A DNA stretch of 63,368 bases, the filler included. It is 4 parts of 4 records of this genome, joined end to end, with 100 filler letters (N's around TTAATTAATTAA, not from the genome) between each part and the next. Parts side by side here need not be neighbours in the genome. Positions count along the whole stretch, not along the records: positions 1 to 16,174 come from SRR22947725_1765; 3 more parts are not named here. The stretch is one strand, 5' to 3'. The position numbers and the translations under genes are program-made. Positions 1-9,489 of this stretch are shown piece after piece; position 1 is the first letter of the stretch, and each line of letters begins with the position of its first letter. The notes under the pieces were generated by a model that worked only from the letters and a program-made list of their open reading frames with translations, was not told the DNA's origin and did not search any database.

Positions 1-1
1 G

Positions 2-1576
2 TTGGGGGGGTTGGGGGGGTTGGGGGGGTTTGGGGCGGATGGGGCGGATGCACGATATAACGTGCCTGAGACTCGATCATCGGGGGATGGGCGGTTTTGG
101 ATGGATGACGGGACGGTTCCGAGGGGTGGGATGCTCGTGGTGGATGTCGGTCGGCGGGTGCTTCGTCCGGTGAACGATTTGCAGCGGGACGTGCGGGCGG
201 CTTTGCGGAAAAAGGCGTACGATTTTGATCGAGTGAAGGACGTTTTGCGGAAGCTCGAGATCAGGGACTCGAAAAAGACGGGGAACATGCAGATGCGGGA
301 TGACGGTGGCGGGAAGCGCAAGGCCGAGGGTGGCAACCCTGGGGAACAGGAGGGATGTGTTGAGGATGGCGCCGGTCGTAAAGCAAGGGACTATGCAAAA
401 AAGGTGTTTGATGCGCGCGGCAAGACGTACCTTGCTCCGCTGACGACGGTGGGTAATTTGCCGTTCCGTAGGCTCTGCAAGCGGTTTGGGGCGGATATCA
501 CGTGCGGGGAGATGGCGATGGGGCAGAACCTCATGCAGGGCCAGCCCAGCGAGTGGGCCCTGCTCAAGCGTCATCCCGAGGAGGACTTCTTCGGGGTGCA
601 GGTGTGCGGGGCGCATGCGGATACGATGGCGTATTGCGCGCAGCTTATTGAGGAGAATTGCCAGGTGGACTTTGTGGATATCAATTGCGGCTGTCCAATC
701 GACGTGGTGGTGGATAAGGGGGCCGGGTCTGCCGTCCTCACCAAGCCGAAAAAGCTGGAGGAGATTGTCCGGGGGATGACGTCCATGCTGACGTGCCCCG
801 TGACGGTCAAAATGCGGCGGGGTTTCGATGAGCGACACGACCTGGCGCACAAGCTGATCCCCCAGCTTGGATCGTGGGGCGCGTCGGCGGTCGTCCTGCA
901 TGGGCGGACGAGAAAGCAGCGGTATTCGAGGCCGGCAGATTGGGATTATATTCGAATGGCAGCGTCTTCGAGCGGCGAATCATGTCAGGTGATCGGCAAC
1001 GGCGATGTGTACGGCTGGCAGGACCACGTCAAGGCCCTGGAGTCGGGGGATGTGGTGACGACGTATGTCGCACGCGGCGCACTGGTCAAGCCGTGGATCT
1101 TCACGGAGATCAAAGAGCGTCGCGATTGGGATATAAATGCCGGAGAACGCCTGGATATCGTGCGACAGTTTGTCCGAAACGGGCTTGAGGTGCGTTGTCG
1201 CTCCCGGAATGAACACGCTCGAAACTCCCCCCCTCTCTCACTCGGCCGTCGCTCGCTCACTCGTCAGCATTGGGGGAGCGATTTGAAGGGTGTCGAAAAC
1301 ACCAGACGATTTTTGCTCGAGTGGCTCAGCTTTGCCCACCGATACGTCCCGGCCGGGCTTCTCGAGGTGCTGCCGCAACGGTCCAACTGGCGACCGTCCG
1401 CTTTTGTGGGCCGGAGTGACTTGGAGACCCTGTTGGCGAGCCCCGACCCCGCCGACTGGATCATGATATCGACGTGGTTCCTTGGGCCCACGCCGAATGG
1501 CTACAAGTTTCACGCCAAGCACCAGGCAAAGTCGCACGCGTCGAGGAATGGCGAGCCGGGCATGGAAAACGGCTGA
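2..1576 (+). CDS. DUS3: tRNA-dihydrouridine(47) synthase, DUS3-like (5' partial; intron 1190-1267)
   Basis: Motifs LAPLTTVGNLPFRR, DINCGCP, HGRT and ARGALVKPWIF. Removing GT..AG 1190-1267 restores the conserved GLEHWGSD motif. Confidence 0.93.
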   Translation: MGGLGGLGGFGADGADARYNVPETRSSGDGRFWMDDGTVPRGGMLVVDVGRRVLRPVNDLQRDVRAALRKKAYDFDRVKDVLRKLEIRDSKKTGNMQMRDDGGGKRKAEGGNPGEQEGCVEDGAGRKARDYAKKVFDARGKTYLAPLTTVGNLPFRRLCKRFGADITCGEMAMGQNLMQGQPSEWALLKRHPEEDFFGVQVCGAHADTMAYCAQLIEENCQVDFVDINCGCPIDVVVDKGAGSAVLTKPKKLEEIVRGMTSMLTCPVTVKMRRGFDERHDLAHKLIPQLGSWGASAVVLHGRTRKQRYSRPADWDYIRMAASSSGESCQVIGNGDVYGWQDHVKALESGDVVTTYVARGALVKPWIFTEIKERRDWDINAGERLDIVRQFVRNGLEVRCRSRNEHARNSPPLSLGRRSLTRQHWGSDLKGVENTRRFLLEWLSFAHRYVPAGLLEVLPQRSNWRPSAFVGRSDLETLLASPDPADWIMISTWFLGPTPNGYKFHAKHQAKSHASRNGEPGMENG

Positions 1577-1758
1577 GACGTGATCAATTTCCCGGTAAAG
1601 CGGTGGCACGCGGTCAATTCTTCTGCTTTATACTCAGTTATCGCTTTATTACCCCCCTCGTTTCCAACGCTTGCATCGTTTGCCACGTAGCGAGGCAGAA
1701 AAAAGGCCGTTTTTCGTTACCCGGTAGCGAACGCCTTCGGTCTCCTCCTCGCCGCTCC

Positions 1759-3223
1759 ATGAAGCTCTCGACCAGGTCACGGTACGTGGGCCTCAAAGTT
1801 ACTTGCTTAATGGATTGGATGCCCCAGCAGCGCCGTCGCGGCCCCTCGCGCGGCGTCTCTCGCGACGCCTCCCGCGACTTCTCTCGCTCACACGTCCTCG
1901 GTCCCTGTTCGTTGAAACCACAGAGGTCACCGGCGGTGGCTGATAGCTGGCCTGGTCGTGCTCGCCGCATTGATCTACCGATACACGAATCTACTTGGTC
2001 AATGGACGGAAGATCTCGACGAGTTTGGGTACGAGAGCGACGCGACGCAGGGCAATGTGTCGTCGCTTGTCGGGGCCGTGAATGGGTCATCGGCCTCACA
2101 GGGGGCCATGTACCCCATCCAGCTGGCAAAAATCGAATCTCCCGAGTTTCCTGAAGATATAGATGCGATGTGGGACGGTGTGGACGAGCTGGAAACCGGG
2201 AGCACGCCCCCGCCGCCCGTCGCAAGGCCGTTCAGGCCGAATCTGCAAACGCGGCCGTTCCCAGAGGGACAGGAGGACACCATGGGGTCGGTCCTCAACG
2301 AGCTCGCATCTTGCAAGCGATTATCATGCATGATTCGCGTCCACGACAAGATTGATGGACGGACAAGGTTCAATTTCCCCCATTTTTTCCTGCTTGGCTA
2401 TCCCCACAGCGGCCAGCAGCCGCTGCTGCGGTTTCTGAATCGCCACTCGGAGCTCGACGGGTCGGTTCCCCTGAACGGATCTTCGTGGTTCCATGCCTGC
2501 CAAACGGAAGACAAAATCGGTTGCAACGTGGCCTCCGAAGCGGAGTACATTCAGACGTATCTCAACGCGAAAAAGGCGGCCGAGCGGGGACTCGACTTTG
2601 TCACCCTGGACGCCTCGTCGGACTACATCTCTGCGGGTGGACCGCTCGCCAGGAAGATGTATAGGTACTTTCCGTGGCTCAAAATCGTCATGATCATCCG
2701 GGACCCGATAAGTCGAGTGCTCGCCAAGATCACCAGACAAAACGATGACGGCAGTATCTACCACCTCTGCGCGGAGAAGCGACAGCTCCTCGGTTGCATT
2801 CAAGACTACCTCGAGTCTGGGGACGGTAGCTATGCAGAGGCTATCGAAGGCTGGCTCACGACCTTTCCCAGCGATCAGATCCACGTGATTCAGTGGGAGG
2901 AACTGCTCGAAGCCCCAGACAAAGTCCTCTTCGACCTCAAGTACTATTTGGGCATGGACGTCGGCGAGCTTGTGGGCAAATTTAGCATGCGTGGCGTGCC
3001 GAGGACGAAGGCCACACTTCGAAAGGGGCAGTACATGCGGTTGATGCGGCAAATCGAACCGGAGGTGTCAACGACCCTGTCGCTCTTGCAGTCTCACGGT
3101 GTGGGCGTCAACAAGCGCGCCTGGTTGTCGACGTGGGAAAGCGGCTGGCAACGGGTTCTCAGTAGCTGCACCGAGCAGGACGAGTGCACTTTGGACCGCA
3201 TTGAGCTCATCGATCTGGCTTAG
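1759..3223 (+). CDS. Type II membrane sulfotransferase-like protein with degenerate PAPS motifs (exons 1759-1781, 1924-3223)
   Basis: Intron gtacgt..cag 1782-1923 gives MKLSTRSRGHRRWLIAGLVVLAALIY, a signal anchor. It shares FPWLKIV and IHVIQ motifs with the downstream sulfotransferase. Confidence 0.75.
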
Positions 3224-3548
3224 GCTTTTCACAGCTGCTTCGATCCAACGACCTGCCTCGACCTGGAAGATAGGTCCTGACGCGTCAGTCGTAATACCTG
3301 CTTGATCTACCTCTATTTTTATCTCTATCCTTGCTACTGTTCCAAGCACTCTATGGAAACCAGTATTCCCCAAACCAGAACGTCCAGGTCGCGATGAATC
3401 CTCTAGATTCGGCGAGAACCTCTCCGCGCAAAGCGTGGAAGAGCGCGCACGGGCGCCACAGGTACGTACACCCCTACTTTTTCCTCAAAAGGCACACTCT
3501 TGCATTGGGGACAAAGACGTCGCCAGGCAAGGCGGAAACAGCGCCTCG

Positions 3549-5213
3549 ATGACCGACGAGGCGATGCCCTCACTGCGCGTTGGCCCTTCTCACAGGAAAA
3601 AGCTGATCCTCTTCCTGATGCTATCCATCGCTGCTGCTGCGACGCTCCTCAGCGTATTTAAGCGGGAGGTGACGTATATGAAGGCGCGAAGCGAAGGACG
3701 GGATAGCGGGGGTGTGACCTCGGGACATAAACGGGGCGGGGTTCAGTTGGACAAGCACAGCGTAGAGCAGGCATTGCGGAGACGGTTCGACGAGGAGGCG
3801 AGTCTTGTATATGTTCCAGGAGAAGAATGGGCCGGGAGCATCGACGACCAGCGTACGGTGCCTGGAGGCGATCGTGGCAAAACTGCCACGGCAACAGAGA
3901 AGAGCAAGGATACGCTGGAGGGGAACAAGAAGAACAAGGTGAATGCGGGGAAGGAGAAGGATGGAAGAAACGATGATGAGACTCATAATCGTCGCGATGG
4001 CGCTGATGAGGAAGAATTTGATGGGTCCGATGTGGACGCCGATTACGTGCGCGACCACGCGTTGGACTCCAAAGAGGATGGCTCTGTGGACGACGTAGAC
4101 TACAGCGATGGCGATTCCACGGACGTCCAAGGGCAGCTGGATGAAGACTATGGCGTATACGAAGATACGTCGGTGCATTCATACGTCCCACAGGATGCAA
4201 CCGCCAAGCCGGCAAAGGGGGGTTTCGACGCCACCCCCAAGCTCGTCGAACCAGCGGTCCATCAGGCACTCGAGGAACTCAAAGCCTGCAAATCGCTGGA
4301 GTGTATCGGCAAGGCGCACAAAAAGCTCAAGGGAAAGACCAAGTTCAATGCTCCGCACTACTTCCTGATCGGGTTCCAAAAGTGCGCCACAACGAGCGTG
4401 AACAACTACCTGAGAGGCCATCCCGAATACATGCCAAGCGTGCTCAAGGAGGCGCACTACTTCACCTCCTGCGCCAAGTCTTGGAGTGAACCCAACTGCA
4501 AGGCCAACAGCACCCAGGACTACATCGACAACTACCTGAGGATAGCTGACGCGGCAGACAACGGCCTCATGGCAGCCACCGTTGACGCCTCGGTCGACTA
4601 CGCGTGGAAGGGCGAGGAACTCGCCCGTGATATCCATAAGGTTTTTCCCTGGCTGAAAATTGTCGTGATGATGCGAGAGCCCATTTCGCGAGTGATCTCG
4701 TACACGAGGATGTGGACCCAGAGGGGCGTGCGGACGTCGACCCACAAGGACAACCGGATAGCCTGTGACGATGGCGAGGACTTGTTCGACTGCCTCTATC
4801 CGCATCTTACGCCCACGGCATACACGGGGCATTACGCTGCGCCCCTGGAAGGATGGTTGAAAGTCTGGCCTGCCGATCAGATTCACGTGATCCAGTTTGA
4901 AGAGTTTGTCAGCGAGACGGACGCAGTCATGCGCCGGCTCAAAAAGTTCCTGGGGCTCGACCCGACGCTTCCCGAGAACCAGCAGCTCTACAATGTCAAC
5001 ACGCGGAAAGACTCGGGCGGCTCTCCCATGAAGCGGCGAGAGTATCGGACCCTGATCGAGATGGCACGGCCGGATAGCGAGCGTGTCGCCGACCTGCTGC
5101 AAAAGCATGGGTTGGCGGAGAAGGACGCCTGGATGCGGCGATGGGAGCAGGTCTGGGACGGCAACTTGAAGGCTTGTGGGCCCGACCGCATCTGTATGAT
5201 CAACTCCAACTGA
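3549..5213 (+). CDS. Golgi-type sulfotransferase (heparan-sulfate 3-O/N-sulfotransferase-like domain)
   Basis: N-terminal TM anchor, acidic stem, 5'PSB FLIGFQKCATTS, KEAHYF and 3'PB MREPISRVISY. Confidence 0.85.
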   Translation: MTDEAMPSLRVGPSHRKKLILFLMLSIAAAATLLSVFKREVTYMKARSEGRDSGGVTSGHKRGGVQLDKHSVEQALRRRFDEEASLVYVPGEEWAGSIDDQRTVPGGDRGKTATATEKSKDTLEGNKKNKVNAGKEKDGRNDDETHNRRDGADEEEFDGSDVDADYVRDHALDSKEDGSVDDVDYSDGDSTDVQGQLDEDYGVYEDTSVHSYVPQDATAKPAKGGFDATPKLVEPAVHQALEELKACKSLECIGKAHKKLKGKTKFNAPHYFLIGFQKCATTSVNNYLRGHPEYMPSVLKEAHYFTSCAKSWSEPNCKANSTQDYIDNYLRIADAADNGLMAATVDASVDYAWKGEELARDIHKVFPWLKIVVMMREPISRVISYTRMWTQRGVRTSTHKDNRIACDDGEDLFDCLYPHLTPTAYTGHYAAPLEGWLKVWPADQIHVIQFEEFVSETDAVMRRLKKFLGLDPTLPENQQLYNVNTRKDSGGSPMKRREYRTLIEMARPDSERVADLLQKHGLAEKDAWMRRWEQVWDGNLKACGPDRICMINSN

Positions 5214-5425
5214 TCAGTTCATCACTCATGAGTGTAAAGACTCCTGGCGAAAAAATCAGCGAAAAAATCAGCGAAAAAATCAACTTAGAACCACTGGTTC
5301 CTTTGCCTCGTTGTGTAGCGCAGCGCATCCAACCCGTGAAGTACACGGCGGCGGAAAAGGAAGGCCCGACGCGCGCGCGCCGTCGCACCGTGGTTCTCAG
5401 TCACGAGACCGAGGTCCCGGCCAAG

Positions 5426-6364
5426 ATGGGAGACCAGGCACGAACAGAGCCGTCGCAGTCCCCCTTCCATGCCTCTACCCTCGATTCAAAGGTCGCCATC
5501 GTCACAGGCGGGGGCTCTGGCATCGGGCTCGAAATCACGAGGCAGCTCGGCCTGCACGGTGCTGCTGTCGTCATCAGCGGGCGCCGTGACCACGTCCTCC
5601 AAGCCGCGTGTGACGGCCTTCGCCCCCATATGACCATCTCGTACGTGACCGGCGATGTACGAAAGTACGAAGACTGCCAGCGGATGGTGGGAGAGGCTCT
5701 CAAACGCCACGGCCGGCTGGACATCGTGGTCAACTGTGCGGCCGGCAACTTTCTGGCCATGGCCGAGCAACTGAGCTCGAACGGGTTCAAGACGGTGCTG
5801 GAAATAGATACGCTTGGAACGTTCAACGTTTGTCGGGCGAGTGTCGAGGCGCTGAAGGAGCGGAAGGCCACGGGGACGTCGATCGTGAACATATCCGCCA
5901 CGCTGCACTACGGGGCAACGTGGTATCAGGCCCACGCTTCGGCGGCGAAGGCCGCAATTGATTCCCTGACGCGAACTCTGGCACTGGAATGGGGTTTGCA
6001 CGGGATTCGAGTGAATGGAATCGCGCCCGGCCCCATCCAGGGGACCGCTGGGCTGAAGAAGCTGGCGGGCGTGGATGCAACTGGGAGCGGAGGCTCCCCG
6101 CCAGGCAAGACTCTTGAGGATCAGATCAAGGAGAAGATTCCGATCGGTCGGGCAGGTACCGCCTGGGATATTGCCATGGCGGTCGTGTATCTGTGCAGCA
6201 ACGCTGGAGGGTTCGTGACGGGACATACGATGGTCGTGGACGGGGGAGAGTGGATGTGGCGTCCGCCCGTCGTCAGCCGAGAGATGGTGGAACGTGTCAG
6301 TCGTGGCATCGAAGGCGCCAGCCGGCAAGTCGGGATCGGTGGCCGCGCCACGAGTAAGTTGTAG
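5426..6364 (+). CDS. DECR2: Peroxisomal 2,4-dienoyl-CoA reductase (SDR)
   Basis: TGGGSGIG, NCAAGNF, ISATLHY and HASAAKA motifs; C-terminal PTS1 -SKL. Confidence 0.9.
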   Translation: MGDQARTEPSQSPFHASTLDSKVAIVTGGGSGIGLEITRQLGLHGAAVVISGRRDHVLQAACDGLRPHMTISYVTGDVRKYEDCQRMVGEALKRHGRLDIVVNCAAGNFLAMAEQLSSNGFKTVLEIDTLGTFNVCRASVEALKERKATGTSIVNISATLHYGATWYQAHASAAKAAIDSLTRTLALEWGLHGIRVNGIAPGPIQGTAGLKKLAGVDATGSGGSPPGKTLEDQIKEKIPIGRAGTAWDIAMAVVYLCSNAGGFVTGHTMVVDGGEWMWRPPVVSREMVERVSRGIEGASRQVGIGGRATSKL

Positions 6365-6381
6365 CATGATTTACGTGAGAC

Positions 6382-7404
6382 TTATGTCAGATCATCCTCG
6401 TCCCCGCTCAGCTCACCTGCACTCGACATCTTCCTCTTGGCTCGCAGCAGCATCTCCGTCTTGAACCCATCAAGCCTCGTCAGCGAATCAAAGTCGGCCA
6501 CCGCCCCCGTGAACAGGTCGACGTCCCCGTCCTCCATCGCCCGCGCACAGCTCTCCGCCAATATTGCCTCCCGGCTCTTGTCGAAGTTAAAGTCCACGTC
6601 TTTGTACTCCTCGATCTTGTCCAGCACAACATCAGGACGACTGGAGCACAGCAGACACAGACACGCCAAGAGCAAGTGACCTTTTGCCGAAAACTTGAGC
6701 AAGTTGTTATCAACGCTTGCTCTGGCCACCTGCTCGTAGATACGGACCGCCTTCCCGTAGTCGCCCCCGAGCGCACTGTATTGCGCCACCTTCAACATGC
6801 ACTTGTTGCTCTCCGCCGTCGAGTGATCCGTGTAGAACAAGTCAGCCGCCTGCTCATAAAACATGATCACCGAACTCCTGTCCACCTGCGCATCCGGGCC
6901 GTCCGAGCCCCCCGACGCGCTCTGAGCCTCGGCCTCCTTCTCCAGCTGCTCTGCAATCTCCCGCAGCTGCCTCGCCGCCATCCCCAACCTCCCCATCTCC
7001 GTGTACAAACTCACCGCCTGCTCCAGCGACGAGATTGCCTTCTTCCGCATCTTGCTCACATCCTTCTCGCTCGGCTTACCTCCCCGTTCAGAATCATCGA
7101 CCGACGGCCCACCGGAAGGGCCCGCCGCCTGGGCGCCTCCAATCTTCTGGTACGCCTTGGCCGCCTCAACGTACGCCGACGCGGCATCGTGCTTACTCTC
7201 GAGCTTTATGGCCACCTCTGCCAGCTTGGTATACGTCTCACCAGCCTCCTTCCACAACTTGCCGAGCTTGAACTGGTTTGCAGCCTGCTCGTAGAGCTCG
7301 CTGGCGTCCTCGTACTTGTTCCCAAACAGATTCCAGCCCAGCAACTTTCTATCAGCCTGGGAAGCCAAGCCCCGGGCTTTGGAGGCGTACGCTGACGGCA
7401 TCAC
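6382..7404 (-). CDS. alpha-soluble NSF attachment protein (alpha-SNAP)
   Basis: KYEDASELYEQAANQFK, GRLGMAAR and NNLLKFSAK motifs; C-terminal EDDLT. Confidence 0.92.
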   Translation of the reverse strand: MMPSAYASKARGLASQADRKLLGWNLFGNKYEDASELYEQAANQFKLGKLWKEAGETYTKLAEVAIKLESKHDAASAYVEAAKAYQKIGGAQAAGPSGGPSVDDSERGGKPSEKDVSKMRKKAISSLEQAVSLYTEMGRLGMAARQLREIAEQLEKEAEAQSASGGSDGPDAQVDRSSVIMFYEQAADLFYTDHSTAESNKCMLKVAQYSALGGDYGKAVRIYEQVARASVDNNLLKFSAKGHLLLACLCLLCSSRPDVVLDKIEEYKDVDFNFDKSREAILAESCARAMEDGDVDLFTGAVADFDSLTRLDGFKTEMLLRAKRKMSSAGELSGDEDDLT

Positions 7405-7554
7405 CGCTCGTTTTAAGCGTACAGTGTTCTACGGGTCCCTCTTCGGTGCGCTTCGATCGTCGACGGCGTGGTAAATCGACAACAACAAAACTGCGAATTT
7501 TCTTTCTGCCGTTGTAGAGCCTCTGTTGCGCGTGTACACGCTCTCCCCGCTGCT

Positions 7555-9470
7555 ATGAATGATCTACTGGGATTGGTGAAGGTGCGTTGGCGCGTTGGCG
7601 TCTTTCAGGGAGCGTGACGGCCGGGTCGAAGTCGACCAATTCCGTTTCCGGTCGATCTCTCCACCTCCCTCGGCGAGGCGTCGTAGATCTGTCCGGCCCG
7701 GCCCGGCGGCCCGATCCGTCCGACCGCGCTCGACTCGTGCGAAATACCTATCACACAGCCGCTGCTTCTGCCATGTCTGGATACCGTAGGATGGGTCTGG
7801 CTCGCAGCGCGCGCCGCAGCCTGCCCCGTCTCGCTCAGCCGAGCCGGCCGCCCCGGCGCCGACGACCGCCAAATCGACGGGATTTTTCAAATCGTTGTCC
7901 ATCAAGAACTCCAAGACACCGGTGGATATTGAAGCACCAATGGATTCGAAAAACGCCTCGGACATGGACCAGTTTTACGCGCAGGTGTCCGTGATCAAGG
8001 CCCTGATGGCCGACATCAAAGACTTGCAAGTCAGGCTGGAGGCGAACAACGAGCGGACCAAGACGGCAGTGCGAACTGCACAGGTGCACGAGCTGAGGGA
8101 AAAGATGCAACAGGATGCCAACACGATCAGCAAGGAGGCGGAACAGATCAAGAGCTATCTGAAGCAGCTGGACGCGGAAAACGCGGCGGCGATGAAGAAA
8201 AAGGGGCAGGGCAAAGGGACGGCGTCGGAGCGCACGCGTACTGCAGTGACAGGTGCCCTTAAAAAGAAGTTGAAAGAGTCGATGGACGAGTTCCAAGAGC
8301 TGCGCGAGCGGCTCATGGCCGACTACAGGGAGACGGTGGAGAGGCGCGTGTACACAGTGACCGGGGAGCACGCGAGCGAGGAGCAAATTGACAATATGAT
8401 TGACGAAGGGGAGGGAGAGATGATATTCCAAAAGGCAATCATGGAGCAAGGCAGGGGCTATGTCATGGACACGGTGGCAGAACTCCGCGAGCGCCGGGAT
8501 GCGGTGCTTGAGCTCGAGAGGAGCCTGTTGGAGTTGCACCAGGTGTTCTTGGATATGGCGGTCTTGGTCGAGGCGCAGGGGCAGATGATTGATAATATCG
8601 AGAACCAGGTATGGTGTTGTCTCTCCCTGCTTTGTATGCCCCGGCGTCTGATTCGGAACACCCTGTTGTTGTTTGTTGCTGTTTGTCGCTTGAGGCCAAG
8701 CCCTCCACACGCCCATCATTCTTGTTTTGAGATGTCCGCGTTATTCTCGCTGCGAGTATGACGACATCAAGCCCACTGATTTTTTTGTCTGATGCTATTG
8801 TTTCTCGTTGCCCCCCGAACACGTTAGGTCGCGAAGAGCGCCGAGCACGTCAAGGGCGGCGTGGCCCACCTCGAGGCCGCCAAAGTTTCCCAACGGAAAA
8901 CGCGCAAGTGGATGTGCTGCGGCATCGTCCTTGGGCTCATTATCATTATTGCTGTCGTTCTTGCGTCAGTCGGCGCCTCGACTGGGTTCTAACGACCTCG
9001 TGCCGTTGTTTCTCGTTTCTCGATTCTCGTTTCTGATCTGCGTCAAAGTTTGGCGTAGCGTCAAGCCCACCCATAGGATTTGGCTCGTCTACATTGTATC
9101 GTCGACTGTTATTAGATCATCGTGAATCGCATTGCGCGTCGTCGGACGCTCGCCGTGCGATCCCACAAGCCCACTAAAAAAGCCCACGAAGAAACCAACC
9201 GTTCGTTCGTTCGTTCGATCGAACAAACCCACAATCAACATGCACTCTCCCACGCATTCTTGGAGCCATCCTGTTCCCTCGTGACACTCAAACCCTCGCA
9301 CATGCGCACAGATCAATGCCTCCTTGGCCCAAGTCGAAACCGGGGTGACCCACCTGGCCGCCGCCAAGCAGCACCAAAAGCGCTCGAGAAAGATGATTTG
9401 TTGCGCGTTGATCATGATTCTTTTGGCGGGAATCGCGGTCGCCATTATCCTTGCGATCACATTGAAATAG
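7555..9470 (+). CDS. Plasma-membrane syntaxin (SYP1/Qa-SNARE); exons 7555-7581 and 7790-8608, then alternative last exon 8828-8992 or 9312-9470
   Basis: MNDLL N-peptide, Habc domain, SNARE motif ELERSLLELHQVFLDMAVLVEAQGQMIDNIENQ. GT-AG introns are in frame, and both last exons encode the SNARE C-terminal end plus a TMD. Confidence 0.88.
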
Positions 9471-9489
9471 TGAACCAGCGATATGATAC

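Noticed and set aside
1-50. (G7TT)n at the window start as a telomere or G-quadruplex element
   Set aside because: It is in frame with DUS3 as a Gly-Gly-Leu repeat, degenerates quickly, and is oriented wrongly for a left telomere; more likely a slippage repeat that ended the contig.
5141-5425. N-terminal extensions in the ORF track (DECR2 from 5141; also PARN from 15057 and PPME1 from 10953)
   Set aside because: They overlap or abut neighbouring genes, and homology starts at downstream ATGs.
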